A stretch of 63,672 nt of DNA, filler included, from Rhabdomonas costata (lineage: Eukaryota), in the NCBI GenBank assembly GCA_019059605.1. It is 48 parts of 48 records of this genome, joined end to end, with 100 filler letters (N's around TTAATTAATTAA, not from the genome) between each part and the next. Parts side by side here need not be neighbours in the genome. Positions count along the whole stretch, not along the records: positions 11,959 to 13,187 come from JAHMHO010022753.1; positions 13,288 to 14,516 come from JAHMHO010022754.1; positions 14,617 to 15,845 come from JAHMHO010022755.1; positions 15,946 to 17,174 come from JAHMHO010022756.1; positions 17,275 to 18,503 come from JAHMHO010022757.1; positions 18,604 to 19,832 come from JAHMHO010022758.1; positions 19,933 to 21,161 come from JAHMHO010022759.1; positions 21,262 to 22,490 come from JAHMHO010022760.1; 40 more parts are not named here. One strand, written 5' to 3'. The translations under genes were made by a program, and so were the position numbers. Positions 11,959 to 23,919 of this stretch are shown here, one piece after another. Under the pieces are notes generated by a model. It was not told the origin of the DNA. It made no database searches and worked only from the letters and a program-made list of their open reading frames with translations. Positions within the stretch are counted from its first letter, which is position 1, and every line of letters starts with the position of its first letter.

Positions 11959-12571
11959 GTGGTGTTTGACCTCATCATAGCAGCAGACACGGTGTACCTC
12001 CCCGACCAGCATGGGGCCCTGGCACGCTCCATCCGTCTGCTCAGCGGTCCTACCACGGAGACATTCATCACATTCCAGGTACGTTCAGTTCGCAAAAAAA
12101 CAAAAAAAAGGAGCATGTGAAAGAAGCTGATTAAGCGACGTTCCGCAAAAAGTTTTTTTGCGGAATTGATTCGGTTAGAATCGTTGTTCAGCATTACCGC
12201 GCGTGCCTGCGTGCCTGCTCAAAGAGGGAAGCATGTCGGCGTTTTGCTTCCGTGGCGACTCTTTTGACGAAAAGAAACATACTCGCAGCTCATTCAAAGC
12301 GTCCTCCTTAGTGTCCCTCTCATGGTATTTTCTAGATGAATGGAACTCCGTGTTCTTGGTATAATTTTGGCCGTTCGTCTGCCTTGGTGTGCCTTTTTCA
12401 CACCAGCGTCGACGAAGGGGCGAGGATCGGATTGTTGCCGCGCTGGAGGCGGAGGGGCTGGTGGTGGCTTTGTTTCCCAGAGACCTGTTTCCACCGGCCT
12501 ACCGGCACCGTGGAGACAAGTTCACGGTTTTCCGTATCACCTTGCCTGTGGGCGCTGTCACAGAGAGCTGA
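11959..12571 (+). CDS. METTL21/Methyltransf_16-like lysine methyltransferase, last two exons (11959-12078, 12407-12571)
   Basis: FDLIIAADTVY matches the family motif FDxIxxxDxxY. Splicing CAG|GTACGT to CACCAG| gives FITFQ-RRRRGEDRIVAAL...PAY...FRI-stop. Confidence 0.75.
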
Positions 12572-15500
12572 CAACGGTCCGAACGAACATTTGTTACACA
12601 TGCACAGGCTTCTGCAGCTGGTAAGATGATTTCCCCTTTCCCAAGGAGGGTGGAGAGAAAATAAAAAAAGAGTATTTAAAAAGCCTGCGTTTTTGTCAAG
12701 TCTCCACCGTCTCCTAACTCTGCAGGTGTGCCGCTGATGTTTGGATGTCGAAGGGGAAGGTAATGCTTGCAATGTTACACCCTTTTTGAATTTGGGGGAC
12801 TGCCTCATCCTGTCGTACAGTCAGTCGTGTTGGACCGTGTTGAGATGTGTTGGTCGCGCTGAATGTGTGCAGAGTGATAATTGTCACGTTGGCAAGATAA
12901 TTTCATAGTTTCGCTGGCGCACTCTATTAATTAGAAATTAACGAATAGTCCGAAATGAGTCAACTTTTTCCCGTCTCTTAATCATACACAATACACGAAC
13001 GCCTTTGGCCTTGTCAAGTTGTCCAAAGTCACGGAACTGCGTCACAGTTAATCGGGTAGCACAGACACACAAAAAAAAGGAAAAGAGGAACGGAACTGGG
13101 CAACGGCAGGGACCACGAGTACGCACAAGGTACCGAGGAAGCCACACAAGTAAAGAAATTACAAAGGACAGGGGACAGAAAAAAACANNNNNNNNNNNNN
13201 NNNNNNNNNNNNNNNNNNNNNNNNNNNNNNNTTAATTAATTAANNNNNNNNNNNNNNNNNNNNNNNNNNNNNNNNNNNNNNNNNNNNTGGGGTTTTGTAT
13301 CATTGCGATTGGGATAGATGGTTGTTTACCCCTGAATGTGTGTGGGTGCAATGTGTATGAAATATACTCCGGCTATGGTTTATCATGCATACACATTGCA
13401 CCCACACACATTCAGGGGTAAACAACCATCTATCCCAATCGCAATGATACAAAAGCCCAGCCACTTCAAAAGAGCATGGCAATGGCAATAAATGGGGGAA
13501 ATTGGGAACAGCGCATCCCAGAACCTCTGTTACTTGAAATGTAGTCGATTCTCGGAAACGCGTTCAAAACGTTTTCTGGAAATCCAGACGGACGAATTTC
13601 AGTGGTGCTTTGAATCAACAGCAACCGACCAGTTACCGGCACCGCACATCGCTACAAAGGCGCAGAAAACCGTTGACGAGCTTACTTTTCGGGAGTGCAT
13701 CAAAAGAAAGACCCCGTGCTGAGGAAAACGAAGGAAAAAAGGAATTGGCAAGGCGAGTAAAGGTTCCTGATGCAAGGACTGGGTGAAGCTTTTCGCCGCA
13801 CTTGGTTGTGTCATCCGCCTGGTTGACAAGTCTGCGGGATAGCAAAGGTGACAACTACTACCTTTGCTTGGGGAAACCACTGAGCGAAGCCTTCCCCGTT
13901 TGATTTCTGATTACCCCATTTCGGCGGTGGTGTTGCGTACGACAGCACAACCTAATTGCAGGGCACAGTATTGCGCCGTCTCACGGGAAATGGGATGGAA
14001 ATGGGGTGAACGTAGGGCAAAACGGAACAAATTGAGTTTGTAGGGTCACGTTCAAGCAACCAATTTCGTAAGCAAGTGTCTTTGCTCTCTCCCAGATATT
14101 CAGGAACTCTGAATTGGCCCTGAATTGCGCACATGAAGAAAGGGACAACCCGAAGGGCTAACCCTCGGCAACGTCGGATTAGGCATGATTATTTTTAGCT
14201 GAACGCGCAAGACCTCTGAAACGCCAAGGGGTTGGGGGACATAGGCCACCGAGTTCAAAGCACTTCAAGGAAAACAGGGACGCACTTTTGGCAAGACTGC
14301 GCCCAGCAGCTTCACAACTTCTCGAAAGCTGGGAGGCGCTGGTCACATTGCAGAACTCACCAGCTTTTCGAGGTGGCACAGGCTGTTTCGGAAAGTAAAA
14401 AAAGCAGCATATCGTGCTTTGGTGTGCTAGCACATGCAGAAGCGGAAGAATGCGGAAGAATTTAACACACCCACCCTCCGTAGGAGATTGGTACTATGGT
14501 AAGTTGACAAAAACCCNNNNNNNNNNNNNNNNNNNNNNNNNNNNNNNNNNNNNNNNNNNNTTAATTAATTAANNNNNNNNNNNNNNNNNNNNNNNNNNNN
14601 NNNNNNNNNNNNNNNNGGGTGGTGGGTGTTGAAGAGGATTTTGCCACATTTGACGGTCGATACTTAGGCGTGCGGGCAGGCAGGTGGACCCCTCGACCTG
14701 TTCAGTCTCGTTAGTTGACATGTTATCGTTTCTGGGTGCCTGCATGTGTTGCATACTTGTCCGTCCGAAGAGGTGACTTTTGACATTCACCTTTTTCTCA
14801 AGATAGCTTCTTTCCATTATAGCGGTTGTCAGTGATGAAGTCAATGCTCCGTTCTTCGTTGAATGCGAATGAAACACCAAAGCCCTCTGATTGGCTGTGA
14901 GGATGTCTTTTGCTGTGCGGCAAAGCTGCAACTTTTTCCTTGAAAATCTGGCATCGGGAGGCGTGTTGCATTTTTGGCTTGCCCGATGGTAGTGGATGCC
15001 CAGAAGTTGAAGAAGTCCACATTTTCTCATCCGAGATTTTTCAGAGATTTTTTGGTCCGAACTGCCTGGCTCAACTTTTTGAAGGAAATCCCTTTCCGTG
15101 GAGCTGCATGATGCCTCTTTCCGTTCTTCTGCTGACACCATCTCTGATGTGCGAAACTTACTGAGCAGCTTCTTTTGTGAGCGGGGCCGAGCCAGCTTTT
15201 CGCAGAAGAATATGTGAAACACCGTGTTACCACACCACAACGGAACGTCTGGAATACCGGTATCAGGGTTGCTCATCTCTCGAAATATTCTTGACATGTA
15301 TGTGCTGTGTCACCTTTGGGGGTTCCCTTTCGGCTATTGGCGCGGCGAACTTTTTTTTTGCTCCATCATGATGAAGCCTATGCTCCGTTCTTCGTTGAAT
15401 TCAATGAAAAAAGCAACGTTCACTGATCAGCCATCAGGTTGCCGATTTTGGCAGCGTGGGGAAGCGACTGCAGCGCCATGTTTTTTTCATTGGGGCCAAG

Positions 15501-15625
15501 CCTTCTGTGATTTTTCTTCTCCTTTCTTGAGTGATTCAGGTGGGCACCAGGCGACTGAGAGCCATTTGGCTGGACCCTCTTTCGCGGGGATAGAGGCAGG
15601 TGGGTTTTTTGTACATATACATGCG

Positions 15626-15740
15626 TTGTGGGTGCCGTCGATAAACCCTCCGCTGCGCTGGGGAAAGAAAAATCCCAAATCTATCCTAAACAAAATGGGA
15701 GTGCAACACCCACAAGCACCAACCAATGGGAGTGCAACAC
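15626..15740. mobile_element. Short non-coding relative of the DD41D transposon end (candidate mini-MITE)
   Basis: 15675-15713 is the exact reverse complement of 54485-54523 (39 bp). It lies within inverted TTGTGGGTG (15626) and CACCCACAA (15707-15715). A second partial copy lies at 15725-15740. Confidence 0.6.
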
Positions 15741-15945
15741 TCATACACCAAGAAAAAACTTGTAGAATTTCATTCAAAAAATTATTGTTCCATTTTAACA
15801 CAAAGGGAGAAATGTGAACAGGATTGCTTCATCAGAAAAAACAACNNNNNNNNNNNNNNNNNNNNNNNNNNNNNNNNNNNNNNNNNNNNTTAATTAATTA
15901 ANNNNNNNNNNNNNNNNNNNNNNNNNNNNNNNNNNNNNNNNNNNN

Positions 15946-16558
15946 TGTTGTGTGGGGACTTTTGCGGGCGGCGAGGGGGGCAGTTCCGCACTGTGCCGGT
16001 ACTGGGCCAGCACCTCGTTGTCGTTCACCCGGCGAAACTTCGACTTTCGAGGACCTGAGCAGGGAGACGGCAGCAGTTGTCTTCAGCACCATTCCTCGCT
16101 GCACGCTGCAAGGAGTGAAATGCGTCCGCCTAGCTTCTGCACAACTGAAACGGTTAATAACATGCACCTCGAGGAGATCAACTGCGCTGCTTCCTCCGTT
16201 TAATTAATTGCACTCAGTCATATTCACCCCGCTCAAGGCTTACCAAGGGCATCCAGAAAAACATTCGGCGTTCGGGGGATACAGCATTGGAGATGCGTTT
16301 TTATGTCATCGGGAAGCGGTGGGGACAATCTTTGATGAACTGGTCCACTTAGTCATTCCCAAAAACAATATCCCGCAACGCATAAAAAACCAAAACAGTC
16401 CCCCCCCCCATGTCTCCCAAGACGGGAAAGAATAGCACTGGCATGGCACTAGAATGTCCACCTGACGTTGTGGGGGCCTTGGCCGAGTATTCCGTCACCG
16501 TGGAGGAGGAACCAGGAGTTGGCCCAACCGTCCCGGTCTCGGAAGGGACTTCAGTCAT
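15946..16558 (-). CDS. Hypothetical protein, first two exons (16558-16462, 16054-15946)
   Basis: MTEVPSETG...KAPTTSG joins in phase 1 (CAG|GTGGAC...CTCAG|) to PRKSKFRRVNDNEVLAQY. Confidence 0.45.
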
Positions 16559-16979
16559 GAGATGGGAAATACAAATTCCTCAGCAATATAAACGCAACCA
16601 AACAAAGAAGGTTGAGAAATTTCGAAAGCCAAGGAGGGGCGGTGAGGTGTAAAAGGTACTGAAGCTAATGAAGAGCGAAAAAGTAGAAAACCCGCCGTGT
16701 ATCTTTCATTGAACAAGTGCTAACAAGCTCAAAGGAGCGGAATACCAGACTGCCCAACGAAAGATTCGGCCTGGGGGACCTCGGGGGTGAAGTCACACAC
16801 CTATTCAGCAGTCTCACACAATTCAAACAGGGCCAAATATTCGGAAGCTTTGCAGAACATTAAGGTGTGCCGTTTGAGAGCAAATAGTAGCTGCTAGTAG
16901 TTTCCAGTACAGACATTCGGCTTAACTTCACATGTGTATCCCAGTTTGAGCACATCCGGGACGGATACTTCGGGTAAGT

Positions 16980-17174
16980 GAAAAAATTTCCCCAAGAGAA
17001 AAAATTCCCCCATGAAAAAAATTCCCCCAACTACTGAGGAAGAAGGCTCCAACACATCACAGAAGATGCAGCATATAGGAGATCCAGGGGACACCTGCAT
17101 CGCCACCTTACCCCTGCAAAATCTTCTCTTGGAGTTCCAGGGGACACGTGCATCGCCACCTTACCCCTGCAAAA
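16980..17174. repeat. Short direct repeats: three copies of about 17-bp GAAAAAATTCCCC and two copies of 38-bp CCAGGGGACAC(C/G)TGCATCGCCACCTTACCCCTGCAAAA
   Basis: Directly visible at 16980-17030, 17084-17121 and 17137-17174. Confidence 0.85.
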
Positions 17175-17571
17175 NNNNNNNNNNNNNNNNNNNNNNNNNN
17201 NNNNNNNNNNNNNNNNNNTTAATTAATTAANNNNNNNNNNNNNNNNNNNNNNNNNNNNNNNNNNNNNNNNNNNNGGGGGGTGTGGGGGAACGCCCGGAGT
17301 TCATTAATCCCGGTCCCACAAACTGACTCCAATGGGTTTCCATTGAAACCGGAATGTGTGGGGTCGAGTTCGACCACAGGACTCGTCTTCACTGGGGTGA
17401 AGACAATCTCTCGGGCGCCCTCGTTGCAACCCACTTGGAACTGAATCGGTGTGCAAATTCGGGGAACATGCTAAACAACCTATCCCCCCCCCTGGACAAA
17501 AATTTGCAACCGCCATACCAAAATGAACAAGGGAGCCTTCGCTCGAGAGAGACATGAAGAAAACATGGTAC

Positions 17572-18503
17572 CTGCGTTGAACAAGTCGCCCGGGCTGGAC
17601 CGCCACCCCGCCCGGCGGGAGTAGGCCCCGGTGAGCATTGTGGGGATGCTCATAAAATCGTGGTTGGTGTCGATGATCAGGGGTGGGTTCCACACCGGCA
17701 GCAGCGTGGCAGGGTCCAGTCGATACACCTCCGCCGCTACCAAACTGCAAGAGCAAGCCCTCCTTCAACAACAGCAACAACATACCTCAGCGATGCAAGT
17801 ATCCGAAATATGGTGAGCCAAAATTTCCCGCAGTGTATTGGCTGTGAATTACAAACCACGCCCGACGTTAGCGCCTACTTTGGGAAGTGAAGTATGAGTT
17901 AAGGCGAAAAGAAAAATTTACAAGCGCAAAAAAGCCATATTCAGCGTATGGTCCGACCGAAGTGCTTTCCTTCAAACCACACCAAAACAGACGGGAAGTT
18001 CGTTAACCTGCAGTTGCTACCCGGGAAGTGCACCGTGTCGTTGCACACGGTGGCGTTCAAGTAGCCAAAGGAGGCCAGCGTTGGCCCACGAGCCCCTTGG
18101 AAAGATATCCCTCGGCCTTGCCCAGGCAGCCCAGGCCACACTACGGTGGTCCCAGAGAAGGTCCCCGGCACGCTCAGGATGTTGGACAGGGTTAGCGGTC
18201 TCCACACACTCCACGCGTTTACAAAGTCATCCATCCGCAGCCCAGCATGCAGGAAGTACAGCGACTCCATGATGTTCAGCTGGTGTCCAAGAGCCAGCTT
18301 GGAGGCGACCAAGGCCTGCACGCTCTGCGCGGCCTCTGCCATCTCCACCTCAGCCAGGTCATGTAGACTGCGCTGACCCTGGAGGTAGGTCAGGTAGAAC
18401 CCCAGGAATCCCGCCACCACCATCAGCGCGATGAAGACCACGACAAGCAGAACCTTCAGCGACAGCAGGTGGGCGAGCATCTTGTGGAAAGCCACCAAAC
18501 AAA
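17572..18503 (-). CDS. Membrane-anchored sensor/receptor-like protein N-terminus (exons 18503-18008, 17744-17572), possibly a receptor cyclase or histidine kinase
   Basis: A strong TM helix (VLLVVVFIALMVVAGFLGFYLTY) is followed by an amphipathic helix and an extracellular region with N-glycosylation sequons (NAT, NDT). The phase-2 splice AG|GTTAAC...TTGCAG| keeps the frame. No catalytic domain lies in the contig. Confidence 0.55.
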
Positions 18504-18772
18504 NNNNNNNNNNNNNNNNNNNNNNNNNNNNNNNNNNNNNNNNNNNNTTAATTAATTAANNNNNNNNNNNNNNNNNNNNNNNNNNNNNNNNNNNNNNNNN
18601 NNNTGTTGGTATTTCCCTATTCCTGGCATGAATCTTTGCATCTGGAAACTCATGACGCTCATGGATACCCGGTTCTGTTTGGGATGCTTGTTCTGTGTGT
18701 TTTTTCCTACTTTGGATTTTTGAAAATCTGGCTTTATTACAACTGCGATGTGGGCGTGCCCTTTGGCTGCAG

Positions 18773-19702
18773 GACTTGGAGGCTTTCCTGACCCAGGTCT
18801 ACCGGTGCATTGGTGGCCACACCAAGGCCATTGAAAAGTACAACGCCCTGGTGTACTTCCAGACGCTTTGCTCTGACACCCCCACGGCCAACCTCCTTGT
18901 CAACAGTTCTCTGATGACCCTGTTTGTGAAGATGTTGCAGAACCCAAGCCACCCCGCCAATCTGAAGGCTTGACCACCGTCTTCCCCCTCCCTTTTGGGA
19001 TCTTTCGGGACTTCCAGTCTTTTTGCCAGCCCGTGTGTGCAGCGGGAGCGTTGGGTGTTGTGGATGCTGTCGTTGTGGGATTGCTTTTGAGAGTTTTGAG
19101 GGTCCTTCCGCTTCAGATTCAGCTTTGCACGGTGATGGGGCTGTTGGTTCGCCATGCGACGTATATCAGCACGGAGCTGAGCACCAGTGGGCTGCTGTCG
19201 GCTTGTGTGGCAGGTTTGCCCTTCTTCTTCTTTATTGTTGTTCACCACAGAGTGGCAGCTATTTTCTTTGTGTAATGTTGTAGGTGATGTTCCTTGATGG
19301 CGTGATGTGTTGAGTGCCTCCTCCTGCTGCTTTTCCGGGGAGAGAGAGAGAGAGAGCTTCCTTTTGTGTGTGTGATCAAAGAAAGAAAGAAAGAACAGAT
19401 TATTGAGGTCTGTTCAGGCAACGATACAGGAATCATTCGATTGCAATTCAAGGATAAGGACCTGTCTCTTCCAGCTTCCAGCAGTTGCGAGTGATGCAGG
19501 TCAGAGTGGCCGATTACTCAGAATAGGTGTCGTTCACCTCTCTAACATTACCAAGCAGCAGTATCCCAGGGCTAATGTACGCTTGTCCTTTTTGTGCAGT
19601 CCTTCAGGATGCGCAGATCAAGGAGAAGAAAGTCAGGCGCCGATGCATGGCTTGCCTGGGGGAGCTTTTGTTCTACATTTCCACCCAGCAGCCCGAGGAG
19701 AG
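18773..19702 (+). CDS. ULK4: ULK4/RUNKEL-like (pseudo)kinase, HEAT/ARM region; exons 18773-18967, 19117-19213, 19600-19702
   Basis: The spliced product EKYNALVYFQTLCSDTPTANLLVNSSLMTLFVKML...IQLCTVMGLLVRHATYI...KVRRRCMACLGELLFYISTQ matches the conserved RUNKEL/ULK4 block (GLLIRH..KVRR..MAALGELLFYISTQ). Confidence 0.85.
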
Positions 19703-20522
19703 GTTGAGCTTTCATTCGAGGAAGTTCTATACTTGTACTTGTTCTCTCGTACTGTTTTCCGCTGCAACTGGTGAGGCATGTCACCACTAAGGTCACGGAA
19801 GGCTTCGCTTGGGATACGCCTAGTTTCACTTCNNNNNNNNNNNNNNNNNNNNNNNNNNNNNNNNNNNNNNNNNNNNTTAATTAATTAANNNNNNNNNNNN
19901 NNNNNNNNNNNNNNNNNNNNNNNNNNNNNNNNGGGTTTTTTTTCATCCTTCAGAAATAAGAAAAAGAATGCCTTCAAAAGTCGTATCGTGCGTGCGAGTG
20001 CGAGGAAACCGATTCACTCCTCAGGTAAATATGCTCAACCTCTGAATGAAAAGTGCGACTAATGCGACTTTTGCCACCTTGCACCTCGCTAAACTTGTTT
20101 CAAGTTTTGTTCCAAGTTTCAAAGATCCTAAACTTACAATGCATTTCACTCTCTAAGACTTTCAACAATTTTGACCAGTTCGCCGTTGATTTTTGTCGAA
20201 AAGGAGCCTTGACTACGTGAATGGTTGGACGAACAAAGTAAAAAAGAGCATCCTCTCCCATTAAGCTGACTGTCGGAAGCATGCGGCCTCTGGAAATGTA
20301 CCAAGCGAAACTCGCTGTGGGGACCGAACAAATAGGATCTCACATATTATCAAAGCATCTTGGACTGGAAGGAAGGAAGGAAGGAAGGAAGAAAAGTCTC
20401 GAGAAGAATTTAAAATCGGAAAGAAGGGTACAGGCAGCCAAAATTTCAATACAGTGAAGTCATTATCACAAGAACTCAATACACAGAAATCAATCAGAGA
20501 GAGGCAACAACACGAGACACAC

Positions 20523-20696
20523 TGCAGGCGAGGCTGCCAAGGCTTGTTGCTCAGTCACGGCTTGCAGCCTACGAAGCTGAGCAGATTTCAACTGCTGAAA
20601 TCTCTCCAAGTAGCTGGTCACCACCGGGCTCAAAGGACTCTCCGGAGGAACCTCAGCTGCGACTGGTCTACGGGGCCGACGAGGCACATCCAGGGG
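20523..20696 (-). CDS. Single exon of an unknown protein
   Basis: TTTCAG| PLDVPRR...ALAASPA |GTGTGT; 174 nt with an open frame. Confidence 0.35.
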
Positions 20697-21262
20697 CTGA
20701 AACAAAAGATATCGAAAGCTTGCTGGGGCTGGGGCGGCAACCCCGACCATGACTGCAAGCTTTTAAGCAAGAACAAATGAAATCCCAAGCGTGGAAGGAC
20801 GAAGAGGTCTGTATCTCCACTTGCCAAAACTACTGCCTGCGCTACGTGGCCCTTGCCAGAAGATTTCCCCAAACGCAAAAGAAGTATGAACACAGCCAAG
20901 AAAATAATCAACAGAACTGAACTGACGAAACCTCAAGCGCTGCCGCTTCTCGGGTACGCTTCCGAAGTGTAACCTTCAGACTGGAGTCGCACATTTCACA
21001 CTGAAAAAACTGTCAGCAATCGAAACTGAAAAAGACCAAGAAACGTCAGAGTGGAAAATCATCCATTTCAATCATCAACCCGCTTTCACGTTAGCGGCGA
21101 TGGGCGAGCACAAGGCTGGAACCACCACAAAATGATGGACTCAGACGAGACAACTGGACCANNNNNNNNNNNNNNNNNNNNNNNNNNNNNNNNNNNNNNN
21201 NNNNNTTAATTAATTAANNNNNNNNNNNNNNNNNNNNNNNNNNNNNNNNNNNNNNNNNNNNT

Positions 21263-22490
21263 GAGACTAGACAAAATTTTTATAATGAATTATTAAAGAA
21301 AGAAAAAGGACTTAAAATAAGAGAAGAACTGCAATGTATACTGAAGAAATATAACAAAGACACTGAAGATTATGAATATAATACTGTTTACTTGAGTAGT
21401 CCTAAAACCTCTTATACGTTTATTAATAGTAGTGATATAACAACTAAGTTAAAAAAATCATCTGAAATTTTTGCGGGTCTTGTAGATGAGTATAATGAAC
21501 ATGGTTCAGGCACTGTTTTATACGCATTTGCACAAGTTATTGTTCACAAAGCTTCTTATAGTCCACTGTCCGGCAGATCATATATTAAATTACCTCCTTA
21601 TTTGGAAAATAAAAAAGCATTGATAAATGTTAAGAACTATGATGATGATTGTTTTCGATATTCCATATGTGCTCACTTATACCCACCACAAAAAGATCCA
21701 CAGAGAGCAAATAAGTATACAAAAGAAATGTTAGATAGTATCAATATTGATGGTGTCGAATTACCAGTTAAAGCTTGCTCAAATGTTTATAAAAAGATTG
21801 AAAATCAGAATAACTTTTCTTTTAATGTATATGCATGTGAATATGAGCATAACAATTTCAAAAGATTTCCAATTTATCTAACTGATAATATGAAACCTAT
21901 TCATATAAATCTTCTCTTATACTATCAAGATACTGATGAAGGATGCAAGAAACATTACGTCTATATTAAGAATTTTAATAGGTTCTTCAATGACACCACA
22001 GCTAATGAACATAAAAGACATTTTTGTTATAGATGTATGCATGGATTTACAACTGAACAACTGTTAGAAATTCATAACAAAGAATATCCAGATTGTGTTA
22101 AAGAACCAGCAAGAATAATATATCCTACAAAAGAAAAAGCTTTTATTCATTTTAATAAATACAATAACAAATTTAGAGCCCCTTTTGTAATATATGCTGA
22201 TTTCGAAAGTTGCTTAGAAAAATATATTGATGATGATACCACTTCATCTTCAAAGAAAATACAACATCAAGTGGCTAATTCATGTTGTTACTATATAGTA
22301 TCAACTTTTGAATATGATAATAAATTACTTTTAATAAGAAATAATATCCCTGTGCAGACATTTATAGAAAATTTGATAAAAGATAGTAACGACATAACAA
22401 AATTCCTAAAACAGAATAAAGATATGATATATACATGTGAAGATGATAAAAAGCATAGATCAACAAAGATATGCCACATATGTGATAAAC
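21263..22490 (+). mobile_element. Polinton/Maverick-like protein-primed DNA polymerase B, N-terminal and exonuclease part (ORF open across the whole AT-rich contig)
   Basis: Motifs include YSPLSGRSYIKLPPYLENKKALINVKN.DDDCFRY, HINLLLY, HYVYIKNFNRF, HFCYRCMHGF...H, PFVIYADFE (ExoI) and a terminal CHIC. The contig is intronless and far more AT-rich than all others. Confidence 0.85.
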
Positions 22491-23919
22491 NNNNNNNNNN
22501 NNNNNNNNNNNNNNNNNNNNNNNNNNNNNNNNNNTTAATTAATTAANNNNNNNNNNNNNNNNNNNNNNNNNNNNNNNNNNNNNNNNNNNNGGTTTGGTTG
22601 GCTCTATAAACTCATCCGAATTCTTTGGCATGTGCACTGATTTAGAAGGCGCGCATTTGGAGCTGAAGGAGGGCTCTGAAGACACCTTCCAGGAGGTGTT
22701 TTGGATTCGGTGGAACTTGGCAGTGTTCGACAACCGCAGTTATTGGTACTGAGGCAAACGTACACAATGTGATGGGCAATAACTGACACAGGCACCTCGG
22801 CGCAGTCTCGGAAGGACCCAACCTACCGCCACTAATTTCATCGGCACCAAACCAAACCGAGAGAGCATTTATTGTGACAGATCAACTCAAACATTTCCGA
22901 CACGTGCAATTCACAAGGGATCAAGGGGACTCTGGGCTGAATAGTTCCTCCAACGCAGCTTTGGAGGCATCAAAACGGAAGGGAAAGAGCGGAAGGCGAG
23001 ATAAAAGGGAATAAAAGAGGATGACATCACGAACGAAAACCATACCATCACAGCTTTATCAGAGCACACCGACGCCTCTGCTGCAGCGTCGTCACCTCTC
23101 AGAGATTGGCCCAACGAAGGCGTCACCACCGTCTCAAGGGTCTGGGATCAGAAAGCCACACAAATGCAACAGTCCACGCAGTGGTGAGCTACACCACGCA
23201 CCTCAGTCAGGGATGGGAAGGCAACGCGTAGGTTCCTTTGACGCGCCGAAAACCGTTGGAAGGGCATTATGGTAATTTCAAAAAAGAGATTCAATGGTTT
23301 GAAATAGTCAGTGACTAAATGTACATTCCCAAACTCAGAGTTTGGAATTTTACGCTTTTCAAATGAAGGGAACGCTCCAACGTACCCTCTGGGCTTCCAA
23401 ATGTACGTTCGGCGGTTTTCCATGACATGGATAACGCTGATTTCACGAGCGCTGAATTTACGCTGCTCAGCGCCGTGTGGAAACCCCTTATCCACAGAGT
23501 AACGCGAAAGAAACTTCCGCCGAAACAATGCGAAACAACTCCTCCAGAGAAGCACACCGGCAACGTGGAGGGATTTTCCGTTGCTTCCGCCGCGGCAGGC
23601 TGAGGAAGCAGAACCTAAGCAAGGATGCAAGCTCACATACACGGACGCCTTTTAGGGTCTAAATGTGGCCACCCGACAGATGTATGAAAAAGAAGTCCCT
23701 TCGCTGGCTAAGTCCCCTGTTCTATTATTCTCGCCTCGCTCGCGCGCTTGAGTCAGACAATTGAGCAATCACCGCAGAAAAGATGGGTTTGGTGCATTGT
23801 ATGGTACCCCACACCCCCCNNNNNNNNNNNNNNNNNNNNNNNNNNNNNNNNNNNNNNNNNNNNTTAATTAATTAANNNNNNNNNNNNNNNNNNNNNNNNN
23901 NNNNNNNNNNNNNNNNNNN

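Noticed and set aside
22591-23150. Possible decayed retroelement coding sequence (also 25248-25770)
   Set aside because: The sequence looks coding-like with stops, but no diagnostic motif was recognised.
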